From contig CAYQWO010000007.1 in the NCBI GenBank assembly GCA_964421095.1, forward strand, positions 1 through 26,431: a DNA stretch of 26,431 bases, written 5' to 3'. This DNA comes from an uncultured Syntrophaceae bacterium (GTDB lineage: Bacteria > Desulfobacterota > SM23-61). The notes beneath the pieces were generated by a model. That model was not told the origin of the DNA. It made no database searches and saw nothing but the letters and a program-made list of their open reading frames with translations. Position numbers and translations under genes: made by a program. Positions 1-8,495 of the stretch are shown piece by piece (position 1 is the first letter of the stretch; the number at the start of each line of letters is the position of its first letter).

Positions 1-168
1 CGTTCGTAATCTTCCATCCCCTGACAAATTTTGATTCTGCATGTTACAGGAAGAAGTTAATACATCATTCGGCATCGTCTGTCAGGTTAACTCTCGAGTT
101 TGGCAAAGCACAGTGAAATTGATCCACAAACCCAGAGGGGATTAAGGGGAGGGGGAACTTAGTCTATT

Positions 169-206
169 CACCCCCACCCACACCTCCCCCGTCGAAGGGG
201 GAGGGG
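169..206. repeat. REP-like GC-rich palindrome
   Basis: Perfect 8-bp stem CCTCCCCC(183-190)-GTCGAA-GGGGGAGG(197-204) preceded by CACCCCCACCC; intergenic, downstream of the leftward train. Confidence 0.65.
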
Positions 207-324
207 AATAAATTGAATTTCCAGTGGTCGAGGTTAATTAGTTAAAAATAGGTCATTGTTTTGGTTGCAGCTATGCCGTGCTGTGTTCTCCATGGTGAAA
301 TTCCTGCCCGAAACTTTTCCGAGA

Positions 325-726
325 CTACCCCGTAAATTTCTTTTTGATGAAATCCGCAATAATCTTGATGGGGGTCCCCGGAATGAAAACTTCGGCCACC
401 CCCATTTCTTTCAGCTTGTTCGTATCCGTCGGGGAGATGATTCCCCCCACAAGGATCATTTTGTCTCCGGCACCCTTTTCCCGGAGGTTTTGGATGACCC
501 GTTTGGTCAAGCTCAAATGGGCACCGGAGAGGATGCTTAACCCGACGACATCCACATCCTCCTGAATTGCCGCATTGGTAATCATCTCCGGGGTCTGCCG
601 GAGGCCGGTGTAAACCACTTCAAAGCCAGCATCTCTTAGCCCGTAGGCCACCACTTTTGCCCCGCGATCATGGCCGTCCAAACCGGGCTTGGCCACGAGA
701 ACCCTGATTTTCCGTTCCTGATTCAT
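325..726 (-). CDS. B12-binding (small) subunit of split acyl-CoA mutase, MCM C-terminal domain family
   Basis: [15 protein letters not shown] with DxHxxG cobalamin motif, [13 protein letters not shown]; RBS AAGGAGG upstream. Confidence 0.95.
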   Translation of the reverse strand: MNQERKIRVLVAKPGLDGHDRGAKVVAYGLRDAGFEVVYTGLRQTPEMITNAAIQEDVDVVGLSILSGAHLSLTKRVIQNLREKGAGDKMILVGGIISPTDTNKLKEMGVAEVFIPGTPIKIIADFIKKKFTG

Positions 727-777
727 TGAATCGCCTCCTTAGAAAGGTGAGTAGAAAGTTCTATAAGATTCATCGCT

Positions 778-925
778 AAATCCGAAATTAGAATTTCGAA
801 TCCCGCGAAACGCGGGACGAAACAAATCCGAAATGCCAATTTCAAAATTCGAAACGCATGTTTGATCCATTTGGATTTTGAGCGTTCGAATTTATTTCGA
901 ATTTCGTGCTTCGGATTTCGAATTT
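778..925. repeat. TTCGAA/AAATCCGAAAT-rich fold-back intergenic repeat
   Basis: Five TTCGAA hexamers (795, 848, 885, 896, 917), AAATCCGAAAT at 778 and 824, inverted TTCGGATTT at 910-918, perfect hairpin TCCCGCG-AAA-CGCGGGA at 801-817. Confidence 0.75.
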
Positions 926-929
926 TTCG

Positions 930-2672
930 TTATATCGTCGCCGGGTGGTATTCGCCGAAAATTCCTCTCAAAACATCGCATATTTCCTGCTCGGTTACGT
1001 AAGCCTTGGCGCACTCGATAAAATGGGGAATTAAATTTACCTCTTCTTTCTGGGCAGCTGCCCCGAGTTCTTTGAGCAGACGGCTAACTTCTCCATTGCT
1101 CCGGTGCTGCTTCACTTCTTTAAGATTTTCGATCTGTCGGCGTTCCGCCTCTTCCCGGCGATTGGGATCATATGGATGGGGAACCAAGCGGGTAGTGGTG
1201 ACCTCAAGTTCGCTCTCTCCCAGGAAACAATTCACGCCCACGATCAATTCTTTTCCCTCTTCGAGTTTTTTCTGGCGTTCGTAGGCGCTGCGGGCCACCT
1301 CGCGCTGCATATACCCGCTTTCGATGGCGGCTACAGCTCCGCCCATTGATTGAATCTTTTCGAATTCCGCCCAGGATGCGCCTTCGATTTGATCCGTCAA
1401 CGACTCCACGTAGTAAGACCCTGCCAGAGGATCCATCACGTCCACCAGGCGGGCTTCATGCTGCAGAATGCGGGCTGCATCCTCACTGAGTTGAATAGCC
1501 TCCAGGCTCCATCCCAGGCCCAGGGGTTCATCAAAAGGCGGGTAGCAGCCGGGGGGGCCACCGGCCATGGCTGCGGCGATGCCCCCGACGACAGAGCGGA
1601 CGAGGTTGTTCAGGGGTCTTTGCACCGTGCAGTTGAAGTTTCCCGGATAAACGGTAAGGGGAACGCGCAGAGTCATGGACCTTTCATTCTTGGCTCCAAA
1701 CTTTTCCTTAAGAAGCCTAGCCCACATCCTCCGGGCGGCCCGGTGAAAGGCGACTTCCTTAAAAAATTCCATGCTCCCGCCAAAAGCATTAAAAGTAAAA
1801 CGCGGGGCAAAGGCATCCACCGCCAGCCCGGCATTCACCCCTTCCTGCAGGTAAGCCGCCCCAATGGCCATGCTAAAGGCCAGGTCTTGCTCCCGCGTAG
1901 CCCCGGCCTCTCGGATGTGGTAACCCCCGATACTGGTGATGTTCACATTCGGAAGATTCTTGGTAAAGAATACCAAACTGTCTCGAAACATGCGCATGGC
2001 CGGACGGGGAGGAAAGATATAGGTACCCCGGGCCACGTATTCTTTCAGAATGTCATTTTGCGGTGTGGCCCGCAGCTTATCCCAAGCAATTCCCCGTTTT
2101 TCTGCCAGCCCCAGGTACATGGCCATGAGGATGTTCGCGGGGGCATTAATCGTGAAATTTGCCGCTGTGCGGTCTATGTCATTTTCTCCGGAGAAAGCTT
2201 CAAAGATGACCTCCAAGTCCCGCAGCGTATCCACGGCCACGCCCACCCGGCCGACTTCTCCGGCAGCCACCGGGCTGTCCGAATCGTAGCCGCACTGGGT
2301 GGGCAGGTCGAAGGCAACATTGGGGCCGGAGCGGGAACCCAGCTTCTTCATGTGCAGATAATAATCGCGAGTATCTTCCGGCGCCCCATAACCAGAATAA
2401 CGGCCAGCCCGCACTAATCCGGCGGCCTGGGCGATTCCCCCCGAACCCCTTTCCCCTGTCCGGTAGGGAAAGGTCGGATAAGTCCCGGCTGTAAAGGGAT
2501 ACTGGCCGGGGAACCCGACATGGTCCAGGAAATTGAATCCATCTTTCAGGTCTGAGGGGGCATGGAACTGAGTGGGTGACTCTTTGAGCTTAAACCTTTC
2601 CAGGGCCGGCTTGAGAGTCTTATCCTCCCACTGCTTCTTGGCCTCTTCTATTTTCTTTCGCGCTTCTCCCAT
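930..2672 (-). CDS. Acyl-CoA mutase large (substrate-binding) subunit, MCM family, divergent (mutase 1)
   Basis: FPGQYPFTAG, AFDLPTQCGYDSD, GEVGRVGV, PQNDILKEYVARGTYIFPP, GGYHIREAG, DPLAGSYYVESLT, IVGVN; no B12 domain; RBS AGGAGG. Confidence 0.93.
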   Translation of the reverse strand: MGEARKKIEEAKKQWEDKTLKPALERFKLKESPTQFHAPSDLKDGFNFLDHVGFPGQYPFTAGTYPTFPYRTGERGSGGIAQAAGLVRAGRYSGYGAPEDTRDYYLHMKKLGSRSGPNVAFDLPTQCGYDSDSPVAAGEVGRVGVAVDTLRDLEVIFEAFSGENDIDRTAANFTINAPANILMAMYLGLAEKRGIAWDKLRATPQNDILKEYVARGTYIFPPRPAMRMFRDSLVFFTKNLPNVNITSIGGYHIREAGATREQDLAFSMAIGAAYLQEGVNAGLAVDAFAPRFTFNAFGGSMEFFKEVAFHRAARRMWARLLKEKFGAKNERSMTLRVPLTVYPGNFNCTVQRPLNNLVRSVVGGIAAAMAGGPPGCYPPFDEPLGLGWSLEAIQLSEDAARILQHEARLVDVMDPLAGSYYVESLTDQIEGASWAEFEKIQSMGGAVAAIESGYMQREVARSAYERQKKLEEGKELIVGVNCFLGESELEVTTTRLVPHPYDPNRREEAERRQIENLKEVKQHRSNGEVSRLLKELGAAAQKEEVNLIPHFIECAKAYVTEQEICDVLRGIFGEYHPATI

Positions 2673-2842
2673 AATTATTTTACCTCCTATTCCCAGCGAT
2701 CACGTTGCTCCTGGAGTATTATCCTCCCGGGTTTTCTGCGGCGAATCTTTTGTAAGGAATCTTTCCCCTCCTTGCCTGTCCTTTAATTCAGGACTGGAAA
2801 TTGTGAACTTAGATGGATTAGACTGCTGGCGAATTTTCCCTC

Positions 2843-3820
2843 TTATTTTATCAAGCCTATCTTCTTATAAAAAGCGTTAAACCATTCGTAATTAGCCGGT
2901 GCCTCCTTATCGATATCTGCGCCGTCCTTGTAGTCATAGGGAAGATTGATCTGCACCAGCAGCTTCTGGAATTCCGGGCTCTCGGCGACTGTCTTAAAAG
3001 CGTCTTTCAACTTCTTGACGATGGGGTCGGGGAGACCTTTGGGACCCGCTACCATCAGGCCATCCGCGGGATAGTCCTCGCAACCCAGTTCTCTTGAGAT
3101 GGGGATGTCAGGGTAACTGGGGTCCCGTTTGGTGGCATTATAAACCATGAGCAGTCTGAATGCCCCCTGCCTGACGTAGGGAATGTGGGAGCCAGACCCG
3201 GCGATGAAATCGGTATGCTTGCCCAGAAAGGCGGTAATCGCTTCTGCCCCTCCCTTGTAAGGAACATGCTTCAAGTGCAGCCCCTTACATTGGGCGAATA
3301 GGTCCACGGCCAGATGCTGCTGGCTGTACATCCCCGGCGACCCATAGGTGAGGCCCGGGCGGGACTTGGCGTAGGCAATGAACTCGTCGATGGTCTTGAT
3401 GGGAGATTCGCTGAGCACGCACAGGCCGCCGATATACCGGCTGTATTGCAAGAGCGGGGTAAAAGCATTGAATGGGCTGTAAGAGACCTTATAAATCTGG
3501 GGCAGCTGGGCGATCACCCCGGTGGGCACGACCGCCAGCGTGTACCCATCTGGCTTCTTGCTGGCCAACAGGGAAGCGCACACCGTCGAATTTCCCCCGG
3601 GTTTATTCTCGACCATAATCGGGACTCCCAACAGTTTTTCCGCACCCGTGGCCAGTGCTCTCGTCGTGATGTCGGTCGTAGCCCCGGCGACGTAGGCGCA
3701 ATAAAGGGTAATGGACTTGGTCGGGTAATCCTGGGCTGATGTCGAGTAGGGCAGGGAAAGTAGGAAAACCAGAATCAGCCCGGCAAAGAATATTTCCCTA
3801 AAAATTCTAATCGTTTTCAT
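2843..3820 (-). CDS. tctC: Tripartite tricarboxylate transporter substrate-binding protein (TctC/Bug family)
   Basis: Signal peptide, YPTKSITL..AYVAGATTD, VENKPGG, HVPYKGGAEA, PKGLPDPIV. Confidence 0.92.
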   Translation of the reverse strand: MKTIRIFREIFFAGLILVFLLSLPYSTSAQDYPTKSITLYCAYVAGATTDITTRALATGAEKLLGVPIMVENKPGGNSTVCASLLASKKPDGYTLAVVPTGVIAQLPQIYKVSYSPFNAFTPLLQYSRYIGGLCVLSESPIKTIDEFIAYAKSRPGLTYGSPGMYSQQHLAVDLFAQCKGLHLKHVPYKGGAEAITAFLGKHTDFIAGSGSHIPYVRQGAFRLLMVYNATKRDPSYPDIPISRELGCEDYPADGLMVAGPKGLPDPIVKKLKDAFKTVAESPEFQKLLVQINLPYDYKDGADIDKEAPANYEWFNAFYKKIGLIK

Positions 3821-3872
3821 TTTCTTGTCTCCTTTTTATTAGATTTTTCTCAAGGTAAATGGGTCAGTTATT

Positions 3873-5378
3873 TTACCTCGCTTCTTCTAACATCTTTCGC
3901 CTGCGTTTGCGGAAAGCAGGATGGGCCGCCAGGATCAGAAGCACGGCGGCCAAGATTAAGCATCCGCTCGAGATGGGGCGAGTCAAGAAAATGGTGAAGT
4001 CCCCACTCGAAACGATCAGGGATCGCCGCAAGGCTGTCTCTAACATGGGACTCAGAACAAAAGCCAGGATGAAGGGTGCGGGTTCATACTCGAATTTGCG
4101 CATCAGGTAACCTAAAGCACCGAAAAAGAGCATTATGGCTACATCTACCGTACTATTGTTGATCGCATAGGCACCGATGAGGCAAAATAGGAGTATAAGG
4201 GGGAATAAGATGGCGTAGGGAACCCGCAGGACCCGGACCCAGAGGCCAATTAAGGGCAGATTCAGCAGGAGGAGCATAACATTGCCCACGTACATACTGG
4301 CGATGACCCCCCAGAAAAGATCGGGGTGCTCCTTCAATAACATGGGGCCGGGAGTGATGCCGTGCATCATCAGAGCACCGAGGAGAATGGCCTGGACGAC
4401 ACCCACCGGGATCCCCAGGGTGAGCAAAGGGATGAACCCCCCGCTCGCGGCAGCGTTGTTTGCTGATTCAGGACCAGCAACCCCTTCAATTGCTCCGTGG
4501 CCGAACTTTCCCGGAGTCCCTGAACTCATTTTCTCAACGGCGTAAGAGACAAAAGACGCCAGGACGCCTCCGCCGCCCGGCAGAATGCCCAAGAAAAATC
4601 CCACCACGGACCCCCGGACGATGGCCCACTTGCTCTCCATCCAATCCCTAAAGCTGGGCAGGAGCCTGGTGATCTTCGTCGAAATTACCTGCCTCTGGAT
4701 CGTCTTTTCCAGGTTCACGAAGATCTCCGCAATGCCGAAAAGGCCCATGGCCATCGGGACGATTCCCAGCCCATCCAAAAATTCGGGGATATCGAATGAA
4801 AAACGAGCTACGCCCGTTATGGTGTCCAATCCCACGGTTCCCAGAAAGGAACCCACCCCGGCCATCATCAAAGCCTTGATGATCGATTTCTCTACCAAAA
4901 AAATGAGAATGATGAGGCCAAGGATCATAAGAGAAAAATATTCAGGCGCGCCAAATTTGAGGGCAACGGAAACAAGGGGGGGTGCGAGAGCCTGGAGAAT
5001 AATAATCCCCAACGTGCCGGCGATAAAAGATCCAAAGGCAGCAATCCCCAGGGCTGGCCCAGCTCGGCCTTGTCGGGCCATCTGGTAACCATCGAGGCAG
5101 GTGATGACCGAAGCAGCCTCACCGGGAATATTCACCAATATAGAAGTTGTGGAGCCGCCATAATAGGCCCCGTAATAAATACCGGCGAGCATGATGATCG
5201 CGGTAGTGGCAGAAATGCCGTAAGTCATGGGTAAGAGGATAGACATGGTTGCCACTGGCCCGATTCCGGGAAGAACACCGATCAGCGTTCCGATGAAAAC
5301 GCCCAGGAAGCAGAATAAGAGGTTATGGGGTTGGCAAGCAACGCTTAAGCCGGCCATTAAACTACTAAAAAAATCCAT
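3873..5378 (-). CDS. tctA: Tripartite tricarboxylate transporter large permease TctA
   Basis: IGVLPGIGP, YGGSTTSILVNIPG, GPESANNA, TLGIP motifs; ATG at 5378 lies 9 nt after AGGAGG. Confidence 0.95.
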   Translation of the reverse strand: MDFFSSLMAGLSVACQPHNLLFCFLGVFIGTLIGVLPGIGPVATMSILLPMTYGISATTAIIMLAGIYYGAYYGGSTTSILVNIPGEAASVITCLDGYQMARQGRAGPALGIAAFGSFIAGTLGIIILQALAPPLVSVALKFGAPEYFSLMILGLIILIFLVEKSIIKALMMAGVGSFLGTVGLDTITGVARFSFDIPEFLDGLGIVPMAMGLFGIAEIFVNLEKTIQRQVISTKITRLLPSFRDWMESKWAIVRGSVVGFFLGILPGGGGVLASFVSYAVEKMSSGTPGKFGHGAIEGVAGPESANNAAASGGFIPLLTLGIPVGVVQAILLGALMMHGITPGPMLLKEHPDLFWGVIASMYVGNVMLLLLNLPLIGLWVRVLRVPYAILFPLILLFCLIGAYAINNSTVDVAIMLFFGALGYLMRKFEYEPAPFILAFVLSPMLETALRRSLIVSSGDFTIFLTRPISSGCLILAAVLLILAAHPAFRKRRRKMLEEAR

Positions 5379-5397
5379 GAGCAAAAGCCTCCTGGAG

Positions 5398-5856
5398 TCA
5401 GATCCCCAAGATCCCCATGGGCAAGGTCGCTTTCAAAAGAGTATGGAACAGCAAATAAATGAAAGCTGAAGCCGAGAGGGGGATCAGAAGGGCTTTCCAC
5501 CAGGGGAATTTTTCCAACCACTTAAGCATGAAAAAAAGGAGAATGAGGGAGGTAAGAAAAAAACCGGCTCTTTCCAGGGCCAGAATATAGCCCAACATCA
5601 GGAGTCCTACCGCAAGGGGTCGATGCCAATTCAGCCCCTCCCAGAGAGAGGAGAGTTTGGCCTGAAACCCCCGTCCTGGGATGAGCGATCTCAATAATAC
5701 AATGATGGCCATCAGGCTGAAAAAGCATCCGGCCAGGAAAGGGAAAAAGCCCGAACCCGGCTCCCGAAAGGTTCCCAGTTCCAGCAGCACAGACCCATAA
5801 ATGCAGATAAGGCCGAAGACCAGCCAAAAAAGACCACTCACCCGATCGGCTCCCAT
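5398..5856 (-). CDS. tctB: Tripartite tricarboxylate transporter small permease TctB
   Basis: 152 aa, four hydrophobic segments, EPGSGFFP motif, C-terminal LPMG, adjacent to tctA. Confidence 0.9.
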   Translation of the reverse strand: MGADRVSGLFWLVFGLICIYGSVLLELGTFREPGSGFFPFLAGCFFSLMAIIVLLRSLIPGRGFQAKLSSLWEGLNWHRPLAVGLLMLGYILALERAGFFLTSLILLFFMLKWLEKFPWWKALLIPLSASAFIYLLFHTLLKATLPMGILGI

Positions 5857-5865
5857 TGTTTACTC

Positions 5866-7206
5866 CTATTTTCCAGTGAGGTGATCGACTAACTCCATGG
5901 ATAGGCCTGTGTATTTCTCCGGGTCCAGAAGCTGGTCAACTTTCTTCGGGCTTAAATGAGAAGCAACCCGTTCATCAGCCAGGAGCGCTTCCCGGAAGGC
6001 CTGCCCCGTATCGTGAGCTTTCATGGCGATTTCATAGATGATCCTGTGGGCGGCATGATGCCCAACTTTTTCAGCCAAAGCGAACATCACCGGTTCTGAA
6101 AGAATGAGGCCTTTCATCACGTCGATATTGGCCCGCATCTTCTTCTCGTTCACCCAGAGGTCCTGGAGAATGGTTTTGGAATGCTTGAGAACGCCCGAAG
6201 TAAAGATGCAGACCTGAGGGACCATCTCCCATTCCACCATCCATGCGCCCATGTCCCTCTCGTGCTCCTGGACCATTGCTTCCAGAGCCAGGGCGGCGTG
6301 ATAGCGGGTGATCTTGGAAAGAGCGACGATGGCCTCACATATGTGCGGGTTACGCTTCTGAGGCATTGTGCTGCTGCCGACCTTGCCCATGGCGAAAGGT
6401 TCAGCCAGTTCTCCCACCTCGGTCTTCTGGAGGTTGATGACCTCCTTGGCGATCTTTCCCATGGTGGCGCAAATGCCTGCCAGCAGCGACACAAACTCGG
6501 CAATTCGGTCGCGAGCCGGGTGCCAGGTAATCTCAGGATCGCCCAGTCCCAGTTCTTCCATAACTCCTTTTTGTACCTTTAATCCCAAAGCGCCCATGGC
6601 GGCGTGGGTCCCGACGGCCCCGCTGAGATTTCCCACCAGAATTCTTTTCCGGCTTTGCTCCCATCGTTGCAGATGACGTTGAACCTCAGCGAGCCATACA
6701 GCCACCTTGAACCCTAAGGTCAATGGCAGGGCATGCTGCCCGTGGGTGCGACCGGCCATCGGGGTGCCCCGATGCTTTTCGGCCAGCGCCCGGAGGGTTT
6801 CGGCGATGTCTGTCAGATCCCGGAAAATGACTGCCGATGCCTCCTTTATCTGCAACATCATTCCCGTGTCCATGATATCTTGGGTGGTAGGTCCCCAATG
6901 AATATATTCCCCAAAGGCTTTCTGACAGACTTTCTGCAAACCCCAGATCAAGGGCATGATGGGATGAACTGTACGGTCGGCGGATTCCTTGAACTCGTCG
7001 AGGTTGAGGTTTTCGACCTTGGCTTTGGCCGCAATCTCTTGGGCTGCTTCCTTGGGGATCATGCCTAGGTTGCTCTGAACCCGGGCCAGAGCGGCTTCCA
7101 CGTCCAGCCAGCGCTGGAGGCGATACTCATCCGTGAAAATCTCCCGCATCTCCTGGCTCCCAAACCAGTCGCGGAATATCCTGGAATCGATCATCGTTAC
7201 GGCCAT
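5866..7206 (-). CDS. Fumarase/aspartase-superfamily lyase (PcaB / adenylosuccinate-lyase-like clade), substrate unknown
   Basis: Signature GSSTMPQKRNP, HWGPTTQDIMDT, AGRTHGQHA, HERDMGAWMVEW, C-terminal LLDPEKYTG. Confidence 0.88.
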   Translation of the reverse strand: MAVTMIDSRIFRDWFGSQEMREIFTDEYRLQRWLDVEAALARVQSNLGMIPKEAAQEIAAKAKVENLNLDEFKESADRTVHPIMPLIWGLQKVCQKAFGEYIHWGPTTQDIMDTGMMLQIKEASAVIFRDLTDIAETLRALAEKHRGTPMAGRTHGQHALPLTLGFKVAVWLAEVQRHLQRWEQSRKRILVGNLSGAVGTHAAMGALGLKVQKGVMEELGLGDPEITWHPARDRIAEFVSLLAGICATMGKIAKEVINLQKTEVGELAEPFAMGKVGSSTMPQKRNPHICEAIVALSKITRYHAALALEAMVQEHERDMGAWMVEWEMVPQVCIFTSGVLKHSKTILQDLWVNEKKMRANIDVMKGLILSEPVMFALAEKVGHHAAHRIIYEIAMKAHDTGQAFREALLADERVASHLSPKKVDQLLDPEKYTGLSMELVDHLTGK

Positions 7207-7230
7207 GGTTTCTTAACCTCAAAATTTTAT

Positions 7231-8442
7231 TTATCGTTCAGGATGAAATTTTTTCATGTCTTTCTCGCGCACAAGGAAGATGAGAATCAACAGGGCTGCA
7301 ACCCAGGAGATGGCCAAAAAATCCCAGGCTGGGGTGTAAGAACCCAGGCGGTCGACGAGGTGGCCGAAGAACGGTGGAAACAGGATAACCCCTAAAAAAG
7401 TAATGGTCATGGAGAAGCCCATGGCCAGTCCGACCAGTTTATGGTCAGCCTGCTCGGCGATGAAGCTTAAGAGGACGCCGTGAAAGCCGATGGCCGTGAA
7501 TCCCAGGAGCACGATGATTAGAAAAAGAAACATGCCTGGTTTATCCGGCTCCATGCGGCCCAGAAGAAAGAGCTGCCCAACGGCGATGATTCCAATGATC
7601 AAGAGGATAGATTTTCTCTTTCCTCTTACCAGGAAATCGCTGATTAACCCCCAGCCAACCCGTCCAGCCGTTCCCCCCGCCTGGGAGACAGCCAGATAAA
7701 TCCCAGCCAGGACCGAAGAAAAAAGGAATTTGCTCTTCAGAAATAAAACCAGGTGGGTAATGATAGAGAGCTGAACACCGGCCAAAAATATCCCCATGAT
7801 CGAAAGGGCCAGGATTTCCCTGTTAGTAAAAACTTCCCAGAGCTGGCCCCAGCGTATCGGAGCCCGCTGGCTTTGGATGCCCGGAGGTGGCGCCATTAGG
7901 AGCCAGGGAACCAATAGAAATAGGCATGTGGTCAGGCCTGCGAAGACGATGGAGGTGCGCCATCCGAAAACTAAAGCCAAGCCAGGAAGGGCTAAAGCGG
8001 CTAAAATACCGCCTAAGGGAATGCCCGTCTGTTTGATCCCCATAGCCGTAGCTCTTCCTTGGGGCGGAAACCAACTCATCACTACTTTCGTGGTGGCCGG
8101 ATTCACGCTACAGTAACCGATGCCCGCCAAAAAAAGGAAAAGGCCCCCGATGAGGAGAGTATGGATCGAAGCGAAACTGGTCATGAAGGCTCCCTGTATT
8201 CCCAGACCGAATACCAGAGCCCGGCGTTCTCCCAGGAGGTCGGTCAACCAGCCAGCAGGGATGGAGGCAGAGACGACGCCAGCGTAAAAAGCAGACATCA
8301 GCATTCCTACCTGAGCGTGAGTGAGATGCAGTTCATCTCGCAAAAAGGGGGTGAGAGGAGGGATGCTCAAATTGCAAAAAGAAGATACGGTATGCGAGAG
8401 CGTCATGACCATCAAAATAGCCACTAAGCGGGGATTTCTCAT
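7231..8442 (-). CDS. MFS transporter (organic anion type)
   Basis: About 12 hydrophobic segments, motif-A-like GWLTDLLGERR, WFPPQGRATAMG, GLISDFL; start moved to ATG 8442 to avoid overlap with dctM. Confidence 0.85.
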   Translation of the reverse strand: MRNPRLVAILMVMTLSHTVSSFCNLSIPPLTPFLRDELHLTHAQVGMLMSAFYAGVVSASIPAGWLTDLLGERRALVFGLGIQGAFMTSFASIHTLLIGGLFLFLAGIGYCSVNPATTKVVMSWFPPQGRATAMGIKQTGIPLGGILAALALPGLALVFGWRTSIVFAGLTTCLFLLVPWLLMAPPPGIQSQRAPIRWGQLWEVFTNREILALSIMGIFLAGVQLSIITHLVLFLKSKFLFSSVLAGIYLAVSQAGGTAGRVGWGLISDFLVRGKRKSILLIIGIIAVGQLFLLGRMEPDKPGMFLFLIIVLLGFTAIGFHGVLLSFIAEQADHKLVGLAMGFSMTITFLGVILFPPFFGHLVDRLGSYTPAWDFLAISWVAALLILIFLVREKDMKKFHPER

Positions 8443-8495
8443 TTTTTCATTCTTCTCAACACATGAACAGATCCCCTGGCAGTATAGAAAAAATT

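Noticed and set aside
1-17. Possible gene start on the - strand (MEDYER) running off the window
   Set aside because: Only five or six codons are visible, which is too little to support.
778-925. CRISPR array
   Set aside because: No regular repeat-spacer periodicity and no cas genes.
1350-2417. 355-aa + strand ORF
   Set aside because: Antisense shadow of mutase 1 with no recognisable motifs.
5866-7206. Annotation as purB or pcaB
   Set aside because: It lacks the PurB-specific nucleotide-binding segment and any purine or protocatechuate context, so only the superfamily can be called.
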